Positions 41,022 through 53,314 of a DNA stretch of 64,000 nt are shown piece after piece. Position numbers and translations under genes: made by a program. The notes beneath the pieces are model-generated. The model saw only the letters and a program-made list of their open reading frames with translations. It was not told the origin of the DNA and did not search any database. This DNA comes from Octopus sinensis (taxonomy: Eukaryota), in NCBI RefSeq assembly GCF_006345805.1, contig NC_042998.1, positions 95,170,001 to 95,234,000 on the forward strand, read 5' to 3'. The first letter of the stretch is position 1. Every line of letters starts with the position of its first letter.

Positions 41022-41769
41022 AATATTTCTTTATACGAGGTGTATTCGTTCGTCTTACAACATAGATAAGAAGAAAACAAAAGTAGATTCATAAACCTTT
41101 ACATATTTCAGTATGATGATTGCAGCATTCATATCATTTTCATGGACACCCCATCGTCTCTCTAGTATTTAACAAATTTAATATTTCTTTATACAATGCC
41201 TCGCAAGAGTATATTCGTTCGTCTTACAACATAAAGTAGGAGAAAGTAGATACAATAGATAGGAGTGTTAAAGTTCCATTGATAGAACAATGAATGAAAT
41301 TGCTTTTCATGAGGTAAAGACATTGTAATTAGAGAATATGAATCTAAGCTGTCCAGTCAAACAGACAAATCAGGAGATTTTTGTGAAACTGTTGCTCTAC
41401 AGATCGTTCTCGAATGTCTGTTCATTGGAGCATGGTTAATGGCTGGGGTGTTTAGAAAAACAAAAACAAAAAAACAACAACAGAAAAACAGATGTTCAGG
41501 TGAGATGATAGGTGTAGCTTACTTGAGAAGACTGAAATAATATCAAAGGAAATGTAATAAGTTATTGAAGCTTGGAAATGAAAGAGCAGGACGGGAAAGG
41601 TGGAGAATTTAACAAATTATGACGAACTTGATAAAATTACCTGTAAAGTGAAGTAAATTATTGTGGCAGAAAGATATTCTAAGAGTAACTATAGATGCCT
41701 TTGTATAGGAATCTTTTCTCTTTCCCTCTCTCTATATATTTAAGGGAGAGAGAGAGAGAGAACTGTATA

Positions 41770-41813
<44 letters not shown>

Positions 41814-42399
41814 ATCTATTTCTCTTTCCCTATCTACCAACCTATCTGTCTATCTATCTATTTACAATCTGATTGATTTGTATGTTTATCTGTACATCAA
41901 CCAATATGTGTATGAGTATTTCTATGTCTGTATGTGTGCGTGTATCTATATGTGTGCATGTGTTGAGTGTCTATGCGTGTGTATGCGTAATATTGAAAGG
42001 TAATTGTTTTTATAATAAATTTCCCTTACATTTATATATTTAATATGTACTTACATAGTGATTACATATTTGCGCACAGACTTTTACTGCTTGGTAGAAA
42101 AAGAAATTATACTTAGCCTATAGATTGTGGTTTCAATTTCAACTCACGTTGCCCTACGATTCCTTCAGGCGTATGGTACACCGTGCATCTGTTCAGGCAG
42201 CGTCAAGTTTTGATGGGGGGAGTGAGCTAATATCCAACACATACCTTGGACCACCATAAACAAATCAATTGTGCATGTTTTTAAGCAAGAATTTGCAGGA
42301 CCGTATTTCTCGAACTACGAGAGACTACTATCATATCATTTTATTGTAATAGTTATTACTCTTAAGGAGGTGAGCTGGCGGAATCGTTAGCACGCCGGG

Positions 42400-42936
42400 C
42401 AACATTGGAGTGTCTTTGTAACATTAGACTGTCTCTGTAACATTGGGCTGTCTTCGCAACATTGGACTGTCTTTGTAACATTAGACTGTCTTTGTAACAT
42501 TGGACTGTCTTTGTAACATTAGACTGTCTTCGCAACATTGGACTGTCTTTGTAACATTGAACTGTCTTTGTAACATTAGACTGTCTTCACAACATTGGGC
42601 TGTCTTTGTAACATTGGACTGTCCTTTTAACATTAGACTGTCTTCGCAACATTGGGCTGTCTTTGCAATGTTACAATGTTTGAACTGTCTTTGAACTGTC
42701 TTTGCAACATTGGACTGTCTTTGCAACATTCGACTGTCTTTGTAACATTCGACTGTCTTTGCAATGTTACAATGTTGAACTGTCTTTGAACTGTCTTTGC
42801 AACATTGGACTGTCTTTGCAACATTCGACTGTCTTTGTAACATTCGACTGTCTTTGCAATGTTACAATGTTTGAACTGCCTTTGAACTGTCTTTGCAACA
42901 TTGGAGTGTGTTTGCATTGGACTGTCTTTGCAACAT
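42400..42936. repeat. 19-bp minisatellite (attggactgtctttgtaac)n with higher-order variants
   Basis: About 25 units read directly; begins right after a SINE A head (42365-42400). Confidence 0.95.
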
Positions 42937-42988
42937 GAAACATTACTTGTTAAAAGCATTTTGAAAATTAAATAACAAATGTTTTTAT

Positions 42989-43463
42989 AGGCGTAGGAGT
43001 GGCTGTGTGGTAAGTAGTGTGCTTACCAACAACATGGTACCGGGTTCAGTCCCACTGTGTGGCACCTTGGGCAAATGCCTTCTACTATAGCTTCGGGCAG
43101 ACGAAAGCCTTGTAAGTAGATTTGGTAGAGGGAAACTGAAAGACGCCAGTCGTATATATGTATATGTATATGTGTGTGTGTATGTGTGTGTGTGTATGTG
43201 TGTGTGTGTGTTTTTGAGTGTTTGTGTGAGTGTATATATATATTTGTGTGTCTGTGTTTGTCCCCTCCCCACCATCCCTTGACAACCGATGTTGGTATGT
43301 CTACGTCCTTGTAACGTAGCAGTTCGGCAAAAAGTTACCTATAGAATAAGTACTAGGCTTACAAAGAATAAGTCCTGGGGTCGATTTGTTCGACTAAAGG
43401 CGGTGCTCCAGCATGGCCGCAGTCAGATGACTGAAACAAATAAAAGAATAAAAGAATAAAAGA
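42989..43463 (+). mobile_element. SINE B, full length, with (ATAAAAGA)n tail
   Basis: Family B consensus. Confidence 0.92.
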
Positions 43464-43517
43464 ATCTATTGTTCATAGCTTGAGAAATACAGCAAAAGTT
43501 TTCATCAAAGAGAATTA

Positions 43518-43744
43518 GGTCTTTACCTCGACTATCGCGGTTTTACGTTCCCAAACCCCCGTGATAGGTGAAAATCCACGAAGTAGTAACAGTACTGTAT
43601 ATTTTTTTTATTTATATAATTTGTATATATTTATTTTCTTGTAAATGCAAAACAACATCACGGAAGAATCTACGTAAGCTTAAATAATAAACCGCGATAG
43701 GTGAACCGCGATAGGTAACTGCGATATGGCGAGATATTACTGTA
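43518..43744. mobile_element. Tigger/pogo-like MITE
   Basis: Left cctcgactatcgcggtt; right end reverse complement TA-cagtaatatctcgccatatcgcagtt; subterminal aaccgcgataggt repeats. Confidence 0.6.
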
Positions 43745-44671
43745 TTGGAGAATATGCATAAAACATTCAAAGATAGAAATGTTTTGTAAGAATGTTCTTA
43801 CAATATTTATACATTCTAGTATTGTTATATCTTTCGTTGCCTTAGCAGGAATGTTTGTGTATCGTTCCACTTGTATCTAATTAGAAATGGGAACCAGTAA
43901 GGGAACTTCTACGTAGTTGCTTGATCTGTTAGAAGTAGCAGCCATATTCCCTTGGTTCTCTACCATCTTTAAAACTGTAATGACTGATATACCAAAAAAA
44001 GACGGGATGGTCATTGTTGGAAAGCTTTTGGTTATAAACACAGTCATGACTCGCTCGGGATTAAATAAGAACTAATGTGATGACGGACAAATTTTTAACT
44101 GCCATATTGTTTTTAATTCAATAGCGAATTTAGAGTAATTCCTTAGCTTTTAGTTGTACATCATGATAGTAACTTGATATTGAACAGCTTTGCTTTGTTA
44201 TTGTCTCTTGGTATATTTAATGGAAGTTAGTGCTGGGCATCCTGATACAATGAAGCGCATTGTTCAAGAAAATACACAGCAAAGACGGTATTTGCCAACT
44301 GTATTGTAGATATTCCTTTCAATAAATCTACTTGTCATTGTATGGCGAATGTTGTTTTTGTTGCCCATTCAAGATGGATTTTTTTTACCCAGGCCAAAGT
44401 CAGTTTTTATTTGTTTTAATTGCTATAATTCTACATTTTCCTTTTATTAAAGTTACTCCGAAGGTGTTAATCAACCCAGAACTATAGTAGAAGACACTTG
44501 CCCAAGATGCTGCGCAGTAGGACTGAATCTGAAACCACTTGACAGCAAAGCGAGCTTCTTAACTACACAGCAATGCCTGCGCCAATACAGTAACAAATAT
44601 CTACACCAGCTATATAAAGGGTTGTCCCGAATGAAATAATAAAGATTCTCTATATACAAACTTTAGTGAAA

Positions 44672-45083
44672 GGCGGTGAGCTGGCAGAACAGTTAGTACG
44701 CCGGGTGAAATACTTAGCGGTATTTCGTCTGCCGTTACGTTCTGAGTTCAAATTCCGCCGAGGTCGACTTTGCGTTTCATCCTTTCGGGGTCGATAAATT
44801 AAGTACCTGTTATGCCATGGGGCCGATATAATCGACTTAATCCGTTTGTCTGCCTTGTTTGTCCTCTCTGTGTTTAGCCCCTTGTGGGTAGTAAAGAAAT
44901 AGGTATTTCGTCTGCCGTTACGTTCTGAGTTCAAATTCCGCCGAGGTCGACTTTGCCTTTCATCCTTTCGGGGTTGATTAAATAAGTACCAATTACATAC
45001 TGGGGTCGATGTAATCGACTTAATTCGGTTGTCTGTCCGTGTTTGTCCCCTCTATGTTTAACCCCCTGTGGACAATAAAGAAA
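44672..45083 (+). mobile_element. Composite SINE A (two core modules)
   Basis: Module junction gtaaagaaatag|gtatttcgtctgcc at ~44902. Confidence 0.92.
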
Positions 45084-45129
45084 TATATATACCAACTTTA
45101 TTGCCACTTATAAAAAGAGTAATAAATAT

Positions 45130-45890
45130 TGGTTTCAAATTTTGGCGCAAGGCCAGCAATTTTAGGGGAGAAGGTAAATCGATATCATCGATCCCAGTGC
45201 TCAACTGGTACTTATTTTCTCGACCCAGGAAGGATGAAAGTAAAAGTCGACCTCGGTGGAATTTGAACTCAGAACGTAAAGACGGACGAAATACCGCTAA
45301 GCATTTCGCCCGGAGTGCTAACGATTCTGCCAGCTCGCCGCCTTAATAATAATAATAATGATGGTTTCAAGTTTTGGCACAAGGTCAGCAATTTCAGGGG
45401 AGGGGATAGGCCGATTGCTTCAGCGCCGGTGTTCAACTGGTACTTACTTTATCGACCCGAAAGGATGAAAGGCAAAGCTGATGTATTTGAAATCAAAAGA
45501 ACCAGAACAAATACCTAAATTAGAATGGCTTGAAATTTGAGCACAAGGCCAGCAATTCTGATATTGGAAGGTTAGTTAATTGATTCAACCAAGTATTTAA
45601 CTGGTTACATATGTTATCCACCCCGGAAGGATGAAAAGTAAAGTTGACTTCGGTGGGATTTGAACTCTAAACGGAACAAATATCGCAAGGAGTATTTCAG
45701 ACACTCTAATGATTCTGCCAGCTTGCTGTCCTATCCATCCTTTGTAACATTAACAATGGTTTCAAATTTTGGCACAAGGCCAGCAATTTTGGAACAGGGG
45801 GATAGTTGATTACATCGACCCCAGTTCTTCACTAGTACTTATTTTATTGAACCCGAAAGGATGAGAGGCATAGTCGACTTTGACTGAATC
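45130..45890 (-). mobile_element. Four tandem minus-strand SINE A copies of increasing decay
   Basis: ggtttcaaattttggcacaaggccagcaattt starts at ~45130, 45362, 45527 and 45757. Confidence 0.87.
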
Positions 45891-47290
45891 CTTGTAACAT
45901 TAATAATGGTTTCTAACAAATGCGCAGTTCACAGTGGGGAGTATAAACTATCGGTATTTTTTTTTTTTTCGCAGACTCACAGAAACTTTTAACAACAAAC
46001 TCGATCTTAGTGAGTTTTAAAATTCAGAACATCATAGGATACATCTAAATAATGCAAGGTTTTTTCGGTGTTTTTTTTTTTTTTTTTTAATCTGGCACTC
46101 TTCCATTCTACCTAATGCTTAGAGTGTCTGCAACTCCTTGATTCTTAGGTCTGGTATTAATTTTGAAGAGGGATGAAAGATAATCACTTTATTGAAATTG
46201 AGTAGCTAATTAGTACAGCTTTTATTAAAGAGACACTCAGCACTTATAATTTATGTTAAATGTAAATTATCCAAATCGAATGGCTGTTGTATATATATAA
46301 TTATATATACATACTCTCGCAAAGGTTATTGCCTAATCGAGGTCCATACGCTGTATTCAAATATGATTCGAAAGATGAGTAAATATCATTATGTCAGAAT
46401 GTTGCATCTCTTCAGAATTTGAAAATGATGGCAAACTTCTATTTCATTCTACATGTAGAATCCTTGTAAAATCAATGTATATAGAATATAGAATCCCATT
46501 ACTAGTTATGTTATGTCCATGAGGATCTGTATGTTTACCTGTTTAAAATCATTTGCTATTTTACTTTATTTGACTTAGTCTAAAGGTTAGAGCAATGGAG
46601 TTTGTTTTATCGTGTTTCGTTCTAACAGACTCAGTGTTTATAACGTTAATTGTGCGGTTTTTTTCTTCTTTTATTGGAGTTGAAGTATTTCCTTGTTTAA
46701 TTTCAATAATCCTCTCTCCCAATCATTCCCCATCACTCTCACATCACTTACTCGCTCGCTTTCTATTACACTTTTTTCTTTCCTTTTGACTTCGCCTTCT
46801 CATTAATCATGACCACCATTACAGCTTCATGCGCTAATAATAAACTAATTTTTATTTTTATTTTCTTATAATTTTCCACCTGCATAAAACAACACCAATA
46901 ATGAAACAAATAAACAGTAATTGTAACAAAGAACAACTATAACAAACTTGTGAATAAAGCCAACCGTAACCAACCATTGAAGCAACGAAGCCAAGAATAA
47001 AAGGAATACGTTGAATGGCCTCGTATATTTCAGTAAATCAATATGGTAGCTATTGTTATCTGCTATGAATTGTGACCTACAGCGACTTTGTTTCTTCGGC
47101 ACCGGCAGCTGACCATTGATGTTGCCCCTTTCAAATTCTACCGATGAAACCGGCAGATATGTGTGAGAAATTGAACTATCGTCTGCTTCACTTGGTATCT
47201 AAGTGCAATATTCATTAAACACAATTACTACGCGGTCGGCGAAGATAATTTGAGTCACTGTGATTAAATAGGCGGAAGACGACAACTTAC

Positions 47291-47323
47291 CTTTATTCGA
47301 TTTGCTTAAACGGCGAAGCATTT
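47291..47323 (-). CDS. Candidate short exon (MLRRLSKSNK, phase 1) of a minus-strand gene
   Basis: Minus strand ttaacag|aaATGCTTCGCCGTTTAAGCAAATCGAATAAAG|GTAAGT, a perfect donor in repeat-poor, CpG-containing sequence. Confidence 0.25.
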
Positions 47324-47587
47324 CTGTTAATACAAACACATTTATAAAATATATGGCACACATTCATACATTCACGTAAAGACATATACGGATACACACA
47401 CAAACACATGAAGTGAAAAAGAGGGACGAGAAGAGAGAGCGAGAAGGAGGGGAGAGTGAGAGTGAGAAAGAAAAAATTAGTTGTAAGCCAAAGAGTAGGG
47501 TAAGATTGGCCACCCACAATCATTAGTATTCTAATTTAGAGTGGATATCTAAAAAATATCATTTATTTTATTGTTAACCAGTAGTTC

Positions 47588-47710
47588 AGTCAGTGGCAAC
47601 CTACGGCTCGCGGACTTTCTGAATGGCACGCATAACGTAAAAGTACCATAATTTTTTTAACCAGTGCGGCCCGCCTAATGACGAATCATGTATCATGCGG
47701 CTCGCTTCTC
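47588..47710 (+). mobile_element. hAT (Charlie-like) DNA transposon terminus remnant
   Basis: cagtggcaacctacggctcgcgg plus subterminal tgcggcccgc/tgcggctcgc repeats. Confidence 0.4.
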
Positions 47711-48189
47711 GAAGAAGTTTTCCATGTCTACTCTTGGTTAAAACAGGAGTCAACACTGAGCTCAAATCTATTCGAAGTCAACGTTTTCTTTTATCCTTCC
47801 AGGTCGTTTACTGGCGTCGAATTTACAGTTTGTTCGCTTCACTCAAGTTTACCGCTTTACACCAATATCAGAAATCAATATCAGATTAGCAAGAACAGTA
47901 GGAACAAATACAAGCCTCCAACGAGTCGTCTACAAAGTAGAGCTTTTCTTTTGGGGGAGAAAAAAAAGGGGGAGTAGGTTTTCGATCAAAAGGGATCGTA
48001 AAAAAGAAAAAAACGACCAATAGGGATCGTGTATCACAGAAATGTCATGATGTAAAGTGTGAAGGGGGATACAGATAAGGTTTATCCGTGGAAAGAAAAT
48101 CCTACAATAAAGACCACGGTAACCTCGGTCAATAATGTCACATGTTAACACATTTATTTGCAAGTGAGTAACTCTCTGTTTTAAATTTT

Positions 48190-48825
48190 TACGGGTTCAT
48201 AGGATTATGCTCAAGGTGGATTCGTCATTCATACGTGCCATCCCTGCTACATTCATCCATTTCTTTTTTAAACATTCGCTAGACAAAAATTGCCTCTCTA
48301 CTTTCACTTTCCTTTTCAAGGGATACTTGAAGAAGTTGATGAGAGATTGACCAGAGAGAAAAGTGTTTGTCTCTAATCCTTTCAGACGCGTCCACCAGAT
48401 ACATTCTTTCGCCATAGCCACAGGTATGATGAAAATAGCTCTTCCTTCCCGTTTGAAGGAAGGAGGCGTGACGATATTGACGATAGACTCGGCTGATAAA
48501 CCGACTCGTCCCACACATGACAGCAGTCGTTCGACATAAACCCACAGGTCGGAAATGGTTGGACACTGCACGAGTGTGTGCAGAACGGTTTCGTCGCTCT
48601 GACCGCATCTCGGGCAGGTCGGCCCCGCGTTTCTCGAGCCGTGTCTGTAGAGCTTATCCCGAATGGGTAGCGCTTCCCGGTAGCACTGCCAGGCCAGGGA
48701 TCTCTAGAAGTTGTCCATAGATCCCGGCCCGAAAGTCGTCTTGAACAGGCGGGTCAGGTATTCCTCGTCGACGCCCATGTTCGCCCCGAGATCGTCGTCG
48801 TACCTCCTCTATAGCCATCCTTTCA
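48190..48825 (-). mobile_element. Tx1/L1-clade LINE 3' fragment
   Basis: Minus strand: ALPGSATHSDKLYRHG..CPRCGQSDETVLHTLVQCP (CCHC knuckle), then LW..VE..AMAKECIWWTR; GC-rich. Confidence 0.82.
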
Positions 48826-48891
48826 AACTTGTTATATTGAAGAACAACATTGTCTTCAAATTTCGTGATTTTTAAAATTATATTAAAGATT

Positions 48892-48936
<45 letters not shown>

Positions 48937-49776
48937 AAAATAAGTAACTTAAATACTAACTCATCAGAATCTAAGCAGAAAACTGCTTAGATTAAATTTT
49001 TATTGATATATAATTAGCATGTTCTTTTACCTCAATACCCTTTTATTAATACCAGTAAATATCATTTAATCAATATTTGCAAATACCATTCGATGAGTTA
49101 GTATTTAAGTATACAATATGTATAAATATTAAACTATTTCTATATAATTTGTTTTCCTCCCTCTATTGTAGTAAAAGTTTGATATATACCCAAAAGTATT
49201 CGTAAATTTCTATCCTTTTGTTACAATATTCTTCTTAATAATCTTTTGAATAACCCTAAACTTCAACTGTATACAATATAGCAACATTGTTTTAAAGTAT
49301 TTAACTATAATACTACATGATAAGAGTTCCCCTATTTCATTATTAATAGTCTGCTAGTGGGCAACCACTTAATTATCAGCTAACATATTGTTTTAAGTTT
49401 TCCCTTACAAAACCTCATGACATTGCTTCTAATAAATCTTGATTTTTATGACTATACCATCTAGAATGTCTGTCTACTCCCTCAACCCTTATTCCAAGCA
49501 AATACTGCCCTCTGTTTCTCTCAGCCTTAAATATACACGGGATTTGATAAACTTGTCTATAAATTAAAATTGACCCCATAAATAAATAAATAGATTAATT
49601 AAAAAATTAAAAACCAAAAAATCAGTGACAGGCAGTGTCTTCTTGAAAATTTGAGTTACGGCTATGCTGTTGTAGGTACAACATGTTCTTTGGCTATCTC
49701 CTTAACTTCTTGGAGATTTTAGATATAATTATACTAATGTGTCCATCTGTTGTAATTTAATTAAATTCTATGTCTT

Positions 49777-49866
49777 TGTGCAGCTGAAGATTGCTCTACA
49801 TTATAAATTGATGTAATGCTTGCATTGTTCAATTAAATGGAGTTGCATAAAACGATCGTACTACAT
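49777..49866 (+). ncRNA. Degenerate type I hammerhead-like motif in a probable Penelope terminal repeat
   Basis: tgtgcag-CTGAAGA-ttgc..gcat-AAAA-cgatcg-TA-ctaca; palindromic stem III; G12 mutated to A. Confidence 0.45.
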
Positions 49867-49936
49867 TACCTCTAGATATCCTTGGAACTTATTTTGATTA
49901 TAATTGCCTTACTTCGAAATTGTATGGATAATACCG

Positions 49937-49992
49937 TACTAAAATCTGGTGCCTCAACTTAAGTACCATATTCATCTGAATCTAAATTTTTG

Positions 49993-50026
<34 letters not shown>

Positions 50027-50078
50027 CAAAAATTAGATTCAGATGAATATGGTACTTAAGTTGAGGCACCAGATTTTA

Positions 50079-50081
<3 letters not shown>
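49937..50081. repeat. Near-perfect ~145-bp palindrome centred on (TA)n
   Basis: Arms 49937-49997 and 50022-50081 are reverse complements apart from one indel. Confidence 0.95.
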
Positions 50082-50141
<60 letters not shown>

Positions 50142-50180
50142 TATATTATATATATATATATATTTATATGTATATATATA

Positions 50181-50231
<51 letters not shown>

Positions 50232-50256
50232 ATATATTATATATATATATATATAT

Positions 50257-50419
50257 AGGCGTAGGAATGGCTGTGTGGTAAGTAACTTGCTTATGAACCT
50301 CATGGTTCCGGGTTCAGTCCCACTGCGTGGCACCTTAGGCAAGTTTCTTCTACTATAGCCTCGGGCCGACCAAAGCCTTGTGAGTGGATTTGGTAGACGG
50401 AAACTGAAAGAAGGTCGTC

Positions 50420-50454
<35 letters not shown>

Positions 50455-50806
50455 CGTATAGAAGAAGAAAAATAAAATGGAGATTGAACCAGTATTTCTT
50501 TAGATGAAACCATCCCTTCATGAGGATAACGCAACCGTTAATCGAATTTATATATGCATACACACACAATATATATACCCTTTTTTACTCTTTTATTTGT
50601 TTCAGTCATTTGACTGTGGCCATGCTGGAGCACCGCCTTTAGTCGAGCAAATCAACCCCAGGACTTATTCTTTGTAGGCCTAGTACTTATTTTATCGGTC
50701 TCTTTTGCCGAACCGATGTATGTATGTGTGTGTATATGTTTGTGTGTCTGTGTTTGTCTCCCCAACATCACTTGACAACCGATGCTGGTGTGTGTACGTC
50801 CCCGTA
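50257..50806. mobile_element. SINE B pieces including an internally inverted copy
   Basis: 5' half + (50257-50420), tail - (50583-50716), middle + (50725-50806). Confidence 0.85.
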
Positions 50807-50934
50807 CTAGTAAGGGATTTAAATGAAGTTCGAAGTTTTTCATAGATTCCTGAATAGCTTAGCGAATTAAAGAAGATGAAGTAAAATAATGCTGAGAAAC
50901 AATCCGTGTATAAGGTAATATCTATCACCACTAA

Positions 50935-51378
50935 GGCGGCGAGCTGACAGAAATTTTAGCACGCCGGGTGAAATGCGTAGCTGTATTTCGTCTGCTGTTA
51001 CGTTCTGAGTTCAAATTCCGCCGAGGTCGACTTTGCCTTTCATCCTTTCGGGGTCGATTAAATAAGTACCAGTTAAGCACTGGGATCGATGTAATGGACT
51101 TAATCCCTTTGTCTGTCCTTGTTTGTCCCTTCTATGTTTAGCCCCTTGTAGACAATAAAGAAATAAGAAACGTTAGCACGCTGGGCGAAATGCTAAGCGG
51201 TAATTCGTCCGTTATTATGTTCTGAGTTCAAATTCCGCCGAGGTCGACTTTGCCTTTCATCCTTTCGGGATCTATAAATTAAGTACCACTTGCGTACTGG
51301 AGTCGATCTAATCGACTGGCTCCCCCCCACCAAAAAAAAAAAAAAAATTTCGGGCCTTATGCCTAGAGTAGAAAAGAA
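50935..51378 (+). mobile_element. Composite SINE A with TSD aatatct(a/t)tcaccact
   Basis: Two modules; TSD at ~50917 and ~51376. Confidence 0.9.
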
Positions 51379-51729
51379 TATCTTTCACCACTTACAAGTG
51401 GACGTTGTGTCAGAACACAGAATACTGCGATAGTTACCGTGAGGAAACCTCATATATGGTTTTGTGACGCATATGAACATGTTTGCTTACATCGCTAGTG
51501 GGAAACAATCACCACCATCGACGCCGCCAGGACTACTATTTTTAAATGGTTACTTTTAAGTGGTGATAAAAATTACTTTTTGGTATTAAAACTGATTCTA
51601 TCACTATTAATCTGTGTTTCAATTTCATTTAAATTCAATAGAAAATTTCAATTTATAGTTTTTTCCCATCATTTCACTCTATGAGATATTCTGACGTAAT
51701 CTTTCTTTCTGTTTGTTGTTTCGCTGTAG

Positions 51730-52322
51730 ATCTTCACCCAGTTAACTTGCTTGCTTTAGCCATTGATGCCAGCAAGAATATCAGCTCAGGAATCCGACGT
51801 ATATTTGATGTAGAAAGCCAAGTCGGGGCTTTTGTAATGACCCATATAGAAAACCCACCAAGTTTTAGTGCAAATCAAATTTTTACCAAATGTCCATATT
51901 TTCCCGAAGAATTCTCTTTCTTCTTTACCTTCAAGTATGAACCCGATGGCAACATAAGAATCGGTAGTAACGGTGGTGGCAGTGCTAGTTGGGACATTCA
52001 TGATAAAGACGACAAACGAGTTCAATGTATCTTTTCTCTAAGAAATAACAAAACTGGTGCTAATTTAATCTCTTTGGAAATTGCTAATCATTTTGTAATG
52101 TTCACCTATAACCGGACAAGAAAGAAATTTTTTGATGTTAAATTGATGCGTTCTCAATGGCATAGTGCTGGAGTAAGTGTAAGCCAAAACAATACCCATT
52201 TGGTACTTGATTGCATCGACCAACAGAAACGACGCATCAAAAGAACTTTCCCAGCTTTGATGAAAATTACGGATGCTGTATTCCATCTGGGCGAATGTTC
52301 AAAGAAAACTACACCTTTTCAG
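51730..52322 (+). CDS. TSPEAR: TSPEAR exon encoding the TSPN/laminin G domain
   Basis: DLHPVNLL..SFSANQIFTKCPYFPEEFS..WHSAGVSV..LDC..FPA..F.LG closely parallels vertebrate TSPEAR as recalled (DLRPLDIL, SFPASRIFSQCDLFPEEFS). Acceptor ctgtag| (phase 1), donor CAG|gtaatt (phase 0). Confidence 0.9.
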
Positions 52323-52352
52323 GTAATTATATGTTTATATCTATATTCTTTG

Positions 52353-52417
<65 letters not shown>

Positions 52418-52914
52418 CATAACCCAGTTTACCAAACTTCTCGTAAACAACGAAACAGAGATATTAATCTATGACTCCTTAATACATTTATCTTTTATTT
52501 GTTTCAATCATTGGACTGCGGCCATGCTGGGGCACCACTTTGAAGAGTTTACGCTAACAAATTGACTCCAGTATTTATTTCTTAAGTCTGGTACTTACTC
52601 TATAGATCTCTTTTGCTGAACAACTATGTTAAGGGATTGTAAGCAGACCGGGGCTCAAACACAAATATAAAGACATACACACACACACACACACACATGC
52701 ATGACGGGCTTCCACATAGATTCCATTCACCAAATTCATTCACCAGGCATTGATCGGCCCAGGGCTAGAGTTGACGACACTTGTCAAAGATGCCGCGTAG
52801 TGTGACTGAACTCGAAACCTCATGGACGCAAAGCAAGCTTCTTAGTCACAGAGCCACGCCAGCAAATAAACTTTTTTGAATTTAAAATGTATTCATTTGA
52901 AGCAATATCGGATA

Positions 52915-52972
<58 letters not shown>

Positions 52973-52973
52973 C

Positions 52974-53014
<41 letters not shown>

Positions 53015-53123
53015 TGTGTGTGTGGTGTGTGTGTGGTGTGTGTGTGTGTGTATGTACGATTTTGTAGAATATCCTACTTGTATGGAGTCGTATAGAAATG
53101 ATAAGCTTCCAACTTTGTTTCAG

Positions 53124-53229
53124 GGTCTTCTGAAAGAACTACTATTTTTGCCTGGAACAGATGCCAGTAGTTTAGCTTGTCCACAGAATCGAATAACCGC
53201 TGGCAGTGACAATACATTGGTTTCTTCAG
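53124..53229 (+). CDS. TSPEAR: TSPEAR exon (end of LamG domain)
   Basis: GLLKELLFLPGTDASSLACP resembles [20 protein letters not shown]. tttcag| acceptor phase 0, G|gtaaaa donor phase 1. Confidence 0.9.
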
Positions 53230-53314
53230 GTAAAATATGTCAATGTTAATGATTCGAAAAAAAAGTTGCTTTTTATTTTCTTTATTCATTTAATAATGCA
53301 AAACTGTAATAAGC

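Noticed and set aside
42400-42936. CRISPR-like array or Cys-rich repeat protein (ORFs 42481-42959)
   Set aside because: Units are contiguous with no unique spacers, there are no cas genes, and the context is eukaryotic. The 19-bp period is not a codon multiple.
51681-51729. ORF start MRYSDVIFLSVCCFAV as the TSPEAR signal peptide
   Set aside because: The sequence is a polypyrimidine tract ending in TAG exactly where homology begins, so it is more likely intron. Use as a start is not fully excluded.
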